From assembly GCF_018350175.1 (NCBI RefSeq), contig NC_058369.1, positions 28,212,001 to 28,276,000 on the forward strand: a DNA stretch of 64,000 bases. Direction: 5' to 3'. Within the stretch, counting starts at the first letter, position 1. Every line of letters starts with the position of its first letter. The position numbers and the translations under genes are program-made. The DNA comes from Felis catus. Lineage: Eukaryota. Below, in pieces: positions 53,241 through 64,000 of the stretch. Under the pieces are notes generated by a model. It searched no databases and was not told the origin of the DNA. It saw nothing but the letters and a program-made list of their open reading frames with translations.

Positions 53241-55249
53241 TTACCTGAGCAAGGAAAGAGAACTCTTAGGGGCCTTCAAGATTTTCTCATTAAAGAATAA
53301 GCCCGAAGGCTGCTATGTGGGCCAAGCTCAATTATGACTGAAATCAACAAAAATATGGCCAATGTGGTTGGAGTCTGGTGATGTAAGGAACATGACCCAG
53401 AATTAAGACAAAGGTAAGTGTGGCACACAACATGAACTGCCAGGCTAAGCCATCTAAATTTTATTCTTCTTGAAATGAGTAGCCTATGGAGGTTTTTAAG
53501 CAAGGGAGTAGTATGATCTAATTAAATTTTAAGGAGTTTACTCTGGATGCTGTGTGGAAAATAGCAAGAGAAGTAGCCCGTATAGTTAAGAGGCTATCCA
53601 AGCCACAGGATAAAAGGTTAGGGCTTGAATTAGTGAGGCAGCCAGGGTACAAGAAGTGCTCATATTCTGGACATCATTTTGGAAAATGTCTAATAGTGCT
53701 TACTGATGGATGGAAAGGTGAAAGACCAGTTAAGAAATGGGGTGGGGTTGGGGGGTCACAGCGGCTCTGAACACCATGTGAGGCATGCAGGTGGACCCAC
53801 TATCCCGCCTGCCTAGGGCCCCCCTCCTATAGACCACATGGAGACTCAGCCTGATGGTAAATAACAATCAGCAGCCAGGCTGATCCCCGGCACAAAGTGT
53901 GAGAATCCATACGCAACAGGAGATTCTCAGTTGACCGAGAAGGCCCCAACACCCAGTTCCTACCCTAATCCTCATCATTGGATTCTAACTGCACTCCTCC
54001 TTTCTGAAAAATATCCAATCAGATTTCATGGACTTTAAAAAAAAGGAGGGGGGGAATTAATAGTGATTTTAAACATAAACACTAGTTCAAGAAATTTCTT
54101 CAGGCAAGTACAAAGCCAAGTTAAAAAAAACCTGAGTATTTAAATTAACTTACTGTCTTACAGTTGATGTTTGGCAATAAGAAACAGATTGCACATTGCT
54201 TAACTTCTCAACACTTTAGCAGAGAGTTGGCACCCAACTACTACAGCAACGAACGAAGTTCACTCCTGGAACTCAACCTTTTATCCTCTAGAAAGGCCAT
54301 TTTTAATGAGTTCCCTTTCAGCTCTATGCTGCACTCATCTTTTTAACTCCATCTTTATTCAAAAAGCACGCACATAGGTAAAGCAGCAGCAGCCATTAAG
54401 GGGTCAGCAGTGAGCATCTTTACATATAACAGACAAAGCATTCCTCTCTAAAAAGTCACTGTGCTGCTCTGGGGACTTACACTTTCAGTATTCTTTCCAG
54501 AGTAACACATTTATGACAATTATGATGCAGATTCATTCTTTAATTTCAAAAATATTCTCCCTTATATGTTTTCCTGGTCCTGGTAGAAAACAGGCTTTGT
54601 AATCAGGCTTGCCTTCTTATTCCCTTTCTGCAGCTAAAACCCAAACATTTCTCATATTATAGTTGCACTATTTTTATGTACATATGTACATTTAATACCA
54701 AAATTCAGTAGAGGGTTGACAAAGAGCAAGGTAACATTCCAGGCAGGATCTTTTAAATAGAATTCTATTTTCAGGTTCCAGGATGTGGAGCGGCTGGTTT
54801 TGAATTTGTAACTTTGATACCAGTCTGTTCCTCTTTAAATGTGCTTCTAAGGATTCCTCCTGGCCACCAAAGAAGGCTGGCTCAGCTCATTTCAGTACGG
54901 TGATGAAGGGATTTAGAGTTTTACTCCCAAGGGGGCCAATTCTTTTATCACGTCCTAAAGCCGATTATTTTGCAAGTTAGATCCAATGGTTACCTAATAC
55001 AACAATATGTAGAAAGCATGTGGGTAGGTAGGTCATATCCACCAGTACTTCTGCAACCATGCCTGTTGAATCATTGGTTAGTAGAGTCAACATCAAGTTT
55101 GAATAGGATGGTGTAGTTATGAATATGAACTCTAGTCTCAGACTGTGTCCTTATTTCATCCTGGCTAACTAGAAAAGTTTGGGCAAGTTCCTTGGTTTCT
55201 TCAGGTCTCAGTTTCCCCATTTATGATGCTTCCCAAATTCACCTAGGAT

Positions 55250-55395
55250 TTTTTTTTTTAAGGTAGGAGTTCAATTGGGATATGATGTACCTACCATACA
55301 ATTCCCCCATTTAAAACATACAGTCCAATGGTTTTTAATCTATTGAGTTGTACATCCATCACCACAATCAATTCTAGACCATTTTCATCACCACC
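55250..55395 (-). mobile_element. LINE-1 3' end inserted in a MER5-like MITE (~55225-55555)
   Basis: T tail, taccatacaattcccccatttaaa...gagttgtacatccatcaccacaatcaatt. The flanks are MER5A1-like. Confidence 0.65.
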
Positions 55396-57310
55396 CTGGG
55401 TTTTGGTTTTTCTTTCTTTCTTTTGGTTTTTTAATCCCAATCCCCAGGCTACGGCCCAGATCAATTAAATCAAAGTCTCAAAGGCTGGGAACACAGGCTG
55501 CAACTGTTTGTGAAGCTCCCCCATTGATTTAAAAGTGCAGACAAGCTTGGGAAGATATGGTTCATTGAGTCCATGAAAATAGTCCATTGAGTGCATGGAA
55601 AATAAAGACACAGATGGAGAAATGGCAACTTCTCAGCACATAGGCTGACCTATAATAAGCCCTACAAAGGTAGTGGGACTAATCATACTGGGGAAGAAGA
55701 GAATGGGGAGGACTATTCAAATAGTTATACTGAGGCTTGTATCATCTGGATTGCACTGATGAATTTGTCCTTGGAATACATTCGACAGAAATGCACTGCC
55801 ACACACAGCCTATTCTCAGAGAGAACCTAACCTGGGAATGAGAATTTTGGAGGTGGGACAGAGACCCACCTCTCTGGGGTGGGAAGGGATGGGAGTCTAC
55901 AACTTCTCCACCACAATTTAAGCCATCACCTTAGCCTTCAGGACAAGGGGAAAGTGCTACCCCTCTGTGAAACATTTTCCCACTGACTTTACTCCTTTTT
56001 TGGGCCTTATCTTCTGCACACCACATAATACTTACCACCCTGTTCTGGGTCCATTTAGAAGTTAGTCTCCCTCACCAAGGGGTGAACAACTTCTAGGCAG
56101 TAACAATACCTAATACATTTTTAAAAATCATCTCTAGAGCATAGCAAGTGTTTTGACATGGCACACACAAATGTTTGTTGGATGGAAGCACAGTGAATTC
56201 TTATCAAACACTGCCAGTCCAGGAATGAAGCAAACGGTGCACTCATTCTAAAGTTCTCAAGATATTTAGTGGCCATTGTAGCTCACAGAAGATTGGCAAA
56301 CAAGACCCGTAATTTCACTCTATAAGGCACGTCCTGAGAAGCACTGCTTTGGGTACTTAAGAACTCCAGTGAATAAATGGCACAACCATAAGCTGTTATT
56401 AAGAACACTGAATTATGTATTACCAACACAGAGATCAGGGGGAAAAATACCTGTCATCGAGGGGAAAGAGATTAATTAACATCAATTAATTTTCCTTTAC
56501 AATAGATTATGCAGAAGTCTTTAGGCTTCTGAGGAGAATTTCAGAAAATTTTATAGCACACAGGGAATTTGCATATATTCCAGGAGCAAAAAGCAGGTCC
56601 CCAGATGGGCTAACAGGGTAATATTCAAAATGAAGAACAAAAGACAGAGGCATTTTTGCAAGTGTAGAGTCATGGGGGGGGGGGGGGGAAATCAAAGGCA
56701 GGCAGGCTGTAGAGGGCACAGGAAAAGCTTATGGATTCAAAAGAAATAAAATTGTAATTACAATAGCGTTTACATGGTTACACGATAAGCAATACCATTA
56801 AGTACCCTCTCTGGAAAGAGTGTTCTTTGAAAACCCAAAAGCAGACAGTTAACAAAAGCCATGAGGTAGAGTCCATCAGAGGAAAGATTCCTTTTCATTA
56901 GCATCTTCCTTCAAGGGCAAAATAATAACGCTTGATTTGTAGCATGGAAACAGAAATGGAAGAAATTCATCAGATAGTAAACTTGGGTGTATCATCTCTT
57001 TGGCCTTTGCTTTTCATTTCTAAAATGAAGCCTTGGATCAAGATAGCGCTTCCCCAAGTTTGTTCTGAAAGATTTAATAGGCATTACTTGAAGAAAATGT
57101 TTCATGTTCAGATAGATTTTGGGAAAGTTTGGATAATCCAACTACACAGGTTGCTTCCTTTCAGGGCTTGGCAGAAGATTATCAGTGCTGGTTCTGAGAT
57201 GGGATGCTAATCTGCAGTATTTCCCCAACCACAGAATTCTTTTGGGACAAACTATTATTAATAAGTGACTAGTGTTACACTGAGCTCACATTAGAAAATT
57301 CTGGATTATA

Positions 57311-57540
57311 GGGGCGCCTGGGTGGCTCAGTCGGTTAAATGTCCAACTTCAGGTCAGATCCTGATCTCAAGGTTCATGAGTTCCAGTCCCGTGTCAGGCT
57401 CTGTGCTGACAGCTTGGAGCCTGGAGCCTGCTTCGGATTCTGTGTCACCTTCTCTCTGCCCCTCCCCCAACTTGTGCTCTGTCTCTTTCTATCTCTCAAA
57501 AATAAATAAATGTAAAAAAAAAAAAAGATTAAAAAAAAAG
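57311..57540 (+). mobile_element. Can-SINE
   Basis: Full body with perfect TSD agaaaattctggattata. Confidence 0.97.
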
Positions 57541-57725
57541 AAAATTCTGGATTATAAAGACCTTAATCCTTTTCTGGATTAAAAATCCATGAATTCCAAA
57601 TTATCATCACTTGAAACCACCACCACCAAGATAATCCATCAACAGCCAACTAAGGTAACAGTTATTTGTGCAGAAATTAGATGCAAAATCTCCAACTGCA
57701 AAACACTACAAAGCAGCAGTAAGTG

Positions 57726-57930
57726 GGGGGCACCTGGGTGGCTCAGTCAGTTAAGCATCTGACTTCAGCTCAAGTTATGACCTCAGGATTCGTGGGTTAG
57801 AGCCCCAGGTAGGGCTCTGCTGACAGCTCAGAACCTGGAGCCTGCTTCAGATTCTGTGTCTCCCTCTCTGTCTGCCCCTCCTCCTACTCACTTTGTCTCT
57901 GTCTCAAAAATAAATAGACATTAAAAAAAA
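57726..57930 (+). mobile_element. Can-SINE
   Basis: Head ggggcacctgggtggctcagtcagttaag, CT tract, A tail. Confidence 0.95.
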
Positions 57931-58440
57931 AGTTAACTGGTATTCTTCTCAGCACGTATATAGAGAATTCCTTTGTTTTACCTTAATTACCCTAAGCTGA
58001 GCATCGTGGGGCTAGATTCACACTATATTTTTTAATATTTATTCTATTTATTAAACATATCCATCATATTCTAGTTTCTAGACATGTTTACAAATAACAC
58101 AGGGGGGGAAAAACAGATTGTTGGTAACAATAATGGCTTAAAACTCCACAGCCAACATTTTCCAGAAGATCCCTCTCCCTCCACCTCCTTCTATATCCAA
58201 TTATGAGGTCCAGCGGTATTCTCTGTGTTAGTCATGTCCTGTGGTCTCTCTTCCCATACCCTGCACAACTCCTACCATGCAGAGTCCTAGTATATACAAG
58301 ACAAAATGCATGGTCTATTGAAAGAAAGGAGAGAAAGCTTTAAATGGGAGAAAAGGCCAAATTCACCACACCATTTCTTCTGACCCGAGTCAAAAATCCC
58401 TTCAATAACCTCTTGGGAAAAAAACAGGGGATGGGGGTGG

Positions 58441-58632
58441 GGGGGTGGTGGCTGAGTGGCTCAGTTAAGTGTCTGACTTTGGCTTAGGTCATGATCTCGC
58501 TGCGCGTGAGTTTAAGCTTAGAGCCTGGAGCCTGCTTCAGATTCTGGGTCTCCTTCTCTCTCTCTCTTTCTCTCTGCCCCTTCCCCACTCACACTCTGTC
58601 TCTGTCTCTCTTAAAAATAAACAAACATTAGA
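58441..58632 (+). mobile_element. Can-SINE with internal ~26-nt deletion
   Basis: Diverged head, junction gagtttaagc|ttagagcctgg, CT tract, aaaaataaacaaacatta. Confidence 0.9.
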
Positions 58633-60459
58633 AACCTTTTTTTTTTTTTTTTTTTTAAGAAAAAGAGTCTAATGCTGGCCGGGGGGGGGGGGGGGGGAAC
58701 AAAAACAAAAAAGAAAAATGGAAAATAGAAAAAGGTAGTAGAGGAGAGGTCTGGGACCAGTTGGTTCACAACCAGGGGGGTTACTCCATCACTGCTACCG
58801 ATTTGTTTCACGTGTAGCATTCCATTTCCTCCCCCTGGCATCCTCACAAGGTTGCCCTATTGTTCCTGTTATTTGGTTGATAAAACGGGGGCTCAGTGAA
58901 ATGAAATCAATTGTCCAAGTCCTCAAGCGACTAAACCACAGGCCCAGGACCTGCGCTCCGGTCTGTCCAATGCAAACTCTTCCCTAGAACTGTCTGCTTT
59001 TATGCCAGAAAATGTGGGCTTAGAAACCTTTCTCCCTCCACTGCATAGAGCTTCCAGGTGGCAGGGCCTAGACAGACTCCAATCCTGAGGTTCCCACGGT
59101 GTGCTGGCCATAATTACGACCATTTCCCTCTGACACTGTTCTTCCCCTACAGAAGTGACCATCTCCTTCTGCATTTCAATTTCTATAGAAAAGCAGGTAT
59201 TTGCCCACAAATGCCCCTGCCACAGCCTGGTCTATTTGCACTTCTGTCCACCTCAAATCCCAAACTAAATACCCACGGTGAGAAGAGGAAGGAAAAGCTA
59301 GAAGACTTGGGCCCCTCCCAACACCCTCCTGTGTGTACTTTCGTTCCCTAAAAATCTGTACCCGTTCTTCCGGAGCCAAAGTCTGACGTGCAGGAACTAC
59401 AGCATCTCCAGGAAGCAGGGGAAGACACAATACACACTCCGCTCTTGCCGGGCTTTCCGGAGAAAAAAGGGAAAGGGTAGCTGCCCTCGGTTAAAGGCTG
59501 GAGTGGGGGAGGGGTCAAAGATTCTCATCACCTGGATTCTGACCTTTCTCCCGCTGGAGACAGAACTGAAGATTCTCCCCTTGGTGATAATTCATTGTGT
59601 CTTCATTTACGTTTTGCACGCTTCTCACTACTGTGTTCAACTTCCCAATTAAAAATGGTCCCAGTAGCTGGGAGGGTGAGAAATGTCAAGGCGTCTGGGA
59701 GCTCTTCAAGACTTCCAAGGCTCTCCTTTTCTCTTGTCTTCTGCTTTCTCACTTTCTGCCTTTCCTTAAAGAGCAACAAGGGGAGCTACTCCAGCAAAGC
59801 CACATAAGCCTGAGATTTGGCTCACAAATTGTCAGCTGCATCCTTGTATCTCGTTCTCCATCTGTGCTTTCCACCTTAGTGCTTTAAAAAAAAAAAACTG
59901 TAACTCTTCCTATTGACTTTGAGCATTGTTAGCTCAGAATAACACAAACCAATGCTGCATTAGCCTAAAACAGTACTTCCTGGGCATCACCTGGGAGTGG
60001 GGCACAGCTGAAGAAGGCACGGAGCTCTCAGAAAAGCCATCAACCACTGCTGAAAACAATGTACTGCGGAGCTTCTGTAAGTGCTACGCCCTTCTTCTAA
60101 GCCCTCCAGAATCACAGCCTGGGAATGGAAGCAGCTGCCAGATGGTCAAGAGTCCATTCCTTGGACAACAATCCCAACCTTGACTACACCATGGTCCAAC
60201 TGATCACTTTCGAACAAAGGCATTACTAAAATGTGTAGCCCTGGACACCCCTTGTTCCTGAGTTAAAAACAAAGCTCCATCAGTTGTTGACTTCGAGAGC
60301 ATCCCTTGCTCCTCTCCACTCACTCCTTCCACCTGCCAGGGTAAGAAAACTCAGGGAAGACATGCCAGCCTTCCCAGAACTTCCTCCTTCCTCCTGAGAG
60401 AATGAGTCGCTGCACCTCTATGTTTTATCATGGCCCTCTTCACACTAGGTCCCCCTCCT

Positions 60460-60557
60460 TTCTTTTTTAAATTTTTGTTTAAATGCTAGCTAGTTGATAT
60501 ACACCACAACATTGGTTTCAGGAGGAGAATTCAGTGATTCATCACTTACATACAACT
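60460..60557 (-). mobile_element. Carnivore LINE-1 extreme 3' end
   Basis: ggtttcaggaggagaattcagtgattcatcacttacatacaac. Confidence 0.7.
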
Positions 60558-60629
60558 AGGACCTCTTCCTTATGTGCCTGTCTCCCCAGTTGGCTGCAAA
60601 TGTCTTCAGGTTAAGGACACTGCTGTCTT

Positions 60630-60844
60630 GGGGGGCCTGCGTGGCTCAGTCGGTTAAGCGTCCAGCTTCAGCTCAGGTTAAGATCTCACGGTTTGTGAGT
60701 TTGAGCCCCGCTTGGGGCTCTGTGCTGACAGCTCAGAGCCTGGAGCCTGCTGCCAATTCTGTGTCTCCCTCTCTCTGCCCCTCCCCCACTCATGCTCGCT
60801 CTCTCTCTCTCTCAAAAATAAATAAACATTTTTTTTTAAAAAAA
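60630..60844 (+). mobile_element. Can-SINE
   Basis: Full body, imperfect TSD ending ctgctgtct. Confidence 0.95.
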
Positions 60845-61928
60845 GGAATTCTGCTGTCTCATCTTGATAGCACCAAGAACGGAGATAATAGACAAAAGTG
60901 TTTGAAGAAGTAAAGAGTCAATAAACAAATAAATTAGGAACAATTTTTTTAATGTAGTCTCCAAAACATTTGTCTCCTAGTAGGTAAGTTGAAACATACG
61001 GTAAAATACATGAGACAAAACAGTAAGTGATAAAGATCAGAATAAGAAGTACAGGAGGAAGGGCCCTTTGGACTTGGCTAAAAAGGTAGTGGCAAGCTTG
61101 TTAGGAACATAAGTACGAATCAAATGTGTATAGGTGCATAAACAGAGAAGAGAAGGTTCTGTTTAGGGGGAGCATGGTCTACATTCAGGGTCTGCTGAGA
61201 TCCAGGTGCCCAAAGACCTTTAACACCAAACAAAATATTCTATTTTTTTTTTTGTTTTTGATCTGGACATAAGAGAGGAACATACAAGAAATATTAATGT
61301 GGTGGACAAGGTGGACTGGAACTAGTATCAGGGGGACCCATGAGATGGACAAACTAGTTTACATAGCAGCAGAGGAAACCCTTACCAGTTACCCATTTTA
61401 ACAAAGCAAGATTTGTATTTGAAAGAATAAGACAGTTAAGAGGACCACTGAGTAAACAAGAAGAATTAACATGAACAGAGAACAAATGGCCTCAGAGGCA
61501 GGGGTCAGACAGGAACTTGCAAGATTATCAACAAGGAGGAGCCATCACCCCCACTGCAGAAGGGACAAAAGGAGGAATCTGGTTACTTAAGGCCAGCCAG
61601 TGCTTCCTGTGGAGGCCAAGCTGTCCAGAGGGAGCTGTAGGAACAGAAGTACACAGATGACGCTGCAAGGCAAAAGAGGGAGGTAAGACATATCCTGACT
61701 CCATTCTCTGCTCATGCCGCCCATTTATACCAATGCCTCCCACTGGGCAAACCAACATAGAAGTGGAGGGATGCAGGATAGGGAATAGTGGAGAATAGGC
61801 TTTGGTAAAACCAAGCTTAACCAACACAAGAAGCCATAAAAAAGGAAAAATCAGACTATGAGGGGCAAGAGGGTCATTGGAATCGAAGAATATAATTGAT
61901 AAACTAAAATTTTAAAAATGTAGAAGGC

Positions 61929-62148
61929 GGGGCGCCTGGGTGGCGCAGTCGGTTAAGCGTCCGACTTCAGCCAGGTCACGATCTCGCGGTCCGGGAGTTC
62001 GAGCCCCGCGTCAGGCTCTGGGCTGATGGCTCAGAGCCTGGAGCCTGTTTCCGATTCTGTGTCTCCCTCTCTCTCTGCCCCTCCCCCGTTCATGCTCTGT
62101 CTCTCTCTGTCCCAAAAATAAATAAACGTTGAAAAAAAAATTTTTTTA
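61929..62148 (+). mobile_element. Young SINEC_Fc-type Can-SINE
   Basis: Near-consensus, CpG-rich. TSD aaatgtagaaggc. Confidence 0.97.
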
Positions 62149-63945
62149 AATGTAGAAGGCAAGGTACAGAACATTTCATAGGGCAAAAAGATAAGGAGAT
62201 GGAAAATATGAGAGAAGAGTCAGGAAGCATGGAAGAGGGGTCCCAGAGAGAGCTCTTGATTACTAAACACCAAGGGTACAGTGTCAGGGGAGGCTCTGGC
62301 AGAAAACACAAGCAAAAGGGAATAAATGAACCCTGATCATTCTTTAGGAGTCCATAAAATGTAATGATAAAACAGTTGCTTTACCCCCTGAGTCCTTGGA
62401 GCATAAAGAAATCTGGGACAATCTGTTCCCTTACCACATCAGAAAAGCAGCTTTTTGTTTCAAAGGTCTGTGGTGAGACACCATTCCATGACGTTAATCA
62501 ATTTATTTCAATTGAGAGTGAAACCCAAATGAAAGGTCCCCATTTCCGAAAAGGCCATGAAAATGTGAAGATGTTATTATTTCCAAGCTGAGAGGAGAGG
62601 CGAGATTCTCTGCCTGGCACATTTCAGAAAGGTTCAATCAACCAGGGCAAGGGAATAGATTTAAAATAGAAAAGTAATGGGAAAAGGGCTTTCCACATAA
62701 CGGAGACGGTGACTGATGGAAAACCATCCCTCCAGAGCCAGCTCTATTAATACCCATTTCTTCCAGGCAGTTTGGAAAGTTTGAAAACCTATGTAGCTCT
62801 CATTTCCTAAAGCTTCTGAGCCTAATTACATATTTGTATCCGTACATATATATATATAAATCATTCAGTGATACAGATAGCTGCATATTCAACTTGTAGA
62901 TCTCCATCTTTAAATAGAGATCTAAATATGGAAAAACATCTGTATGCTGTTTTTTAAAGAAATAAGAAGGAGAATATTGGCCCCAAACCATAACCCCCAA
63001 CTCACAGATTCATTCTTTTATGCAACAGGTATTTATTGGGCATTTACCCTATCACAAGCGTAAGACCCAGCACGTCATGGTTGCAGCCTTCTCAAATGAA
63101 CACTGAGTCAGTTCAGGGAGCAAGCTCTCCTCAAGCAAATTGTGTAGCTACGTTTCAGCAGCAATTTGAAAAATCCAAGTATATTCTCCCCAAGTGTCTA
63201 GAAACTACCCTGGTTCCCCTCCCTTTAATTTATCCCCTTACAATTAGGTGCCCTATGCTCTCTTGTAGGTCAAAAATAACAGGGCAATTTAATGCCTTAT
63301 GACTGTCCATTAAATATCTAAATTATGCGTATTCAGATGAAAGCTGCAATAGTATTTTAATAAAAGCACACTAACTAAGGCAACTGGTAATAAATCTCTT
63401 AATAAAAATGTAGTCAATGGTGCATTTAATTTGATGGCAGAGTCCATTTTCAAATAATCCAAAAATTGATTTTTTAAAAAAATAAGATGCAAAGTCTATG
63501 TCTCTCATGCTGCTCTTAAAAAATGTATTTGCCCACTTAGAAGACATCAATGTTAAGAGGCTTTCTTGCACATTTGAATTGGAAATGGTTGGAAAACTTG
63601 GTTATTTACTTCAGTTAAATGAATATACATAATTGTCCAGCTACCCCAGGACATTTATGAAAACAAGATGTTCTGTCTTAACAAGGTTAGTTTTAGAGTG
63701 ACATTTGAATCATCAGATGCCTCATTAGTTGCTATGAAAACAAACTTCAATCTTCTGCTTTCTCTCTTCTGCTATTATCCAAAAAGAACACAATTGCTTC
63801 AGTAACTCCATAGCAAGTTCATAGCAAGCCCCTCCCAAGGCCAAACAGATCAGTGTTAAGTTCCTAAAGACTTGAGACTAAGTGTGTTTATATCACTCTG
63901 TATGGCCCCATCCCAGCATCACGCACTAAGGAGAGGAAGACAATG

Positions 63946-63976
<31 letters not shown>

Positions 63977-63988
63977 CAAAACAAAACA
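63946..63988. repeat. (AAAAC)n pentanucleotide microsatellite
   Basis: Read directly. Confidence 0.95.
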
Positions 63989-64000
63989 GATATCCTCCAA

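Larger units (their letters stand above)
32268..64000 (-). other. FHIT: FHIT intron 4, 3' portion (non-coding 5'UTR exons cannot be excluded)
   Basis: Upstream of the exon 5 acceptor, repeat-rich, no recognisable coding exon. Confidence 0.8.

Noticed and set aside
1..64000. tRNA genes, CRISPR arrays or prokaryotic-type systems
   Set aside because: tRNA-like A/B boxes all belong to SINE heads. No regularly spaced repeat-spacer arrays seen. The sequence is mammalian intron.

Overview
Mammalian genomic DNA, almost certainly felid given the many SINEC_Fc-type Can-SINEs. The window lies inside the very large FHIT gene on the minus strand. The only well-supported coding sequence is the 120-nt first coding exon (exon 5 in human numbering, 32148-32267), encoding [34 protein letters not shown](H). 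Its 5' splice site is GTATCCTTT, a minor-spliceosome (U12) donor, and a strong major-class donor lies 143 nt downstream. In human this region is the core of fragile site FRA3B. The rest is intron 4 (right of the exon) and intron 5 (left): about 15 Can-SINEs, old L1, L2, MIR, MaLR and DNA-transposon fragments, microsatellites and some candidate regulatory or cryptic-exon signals. All other ORFs in the track look like noise or repeat-derived. I see no convincing new protein-coding system; the most interesting signals concern splicing around the minor intron. Repeat family names are from visual recognition and boundaries of old repeats are approximate.
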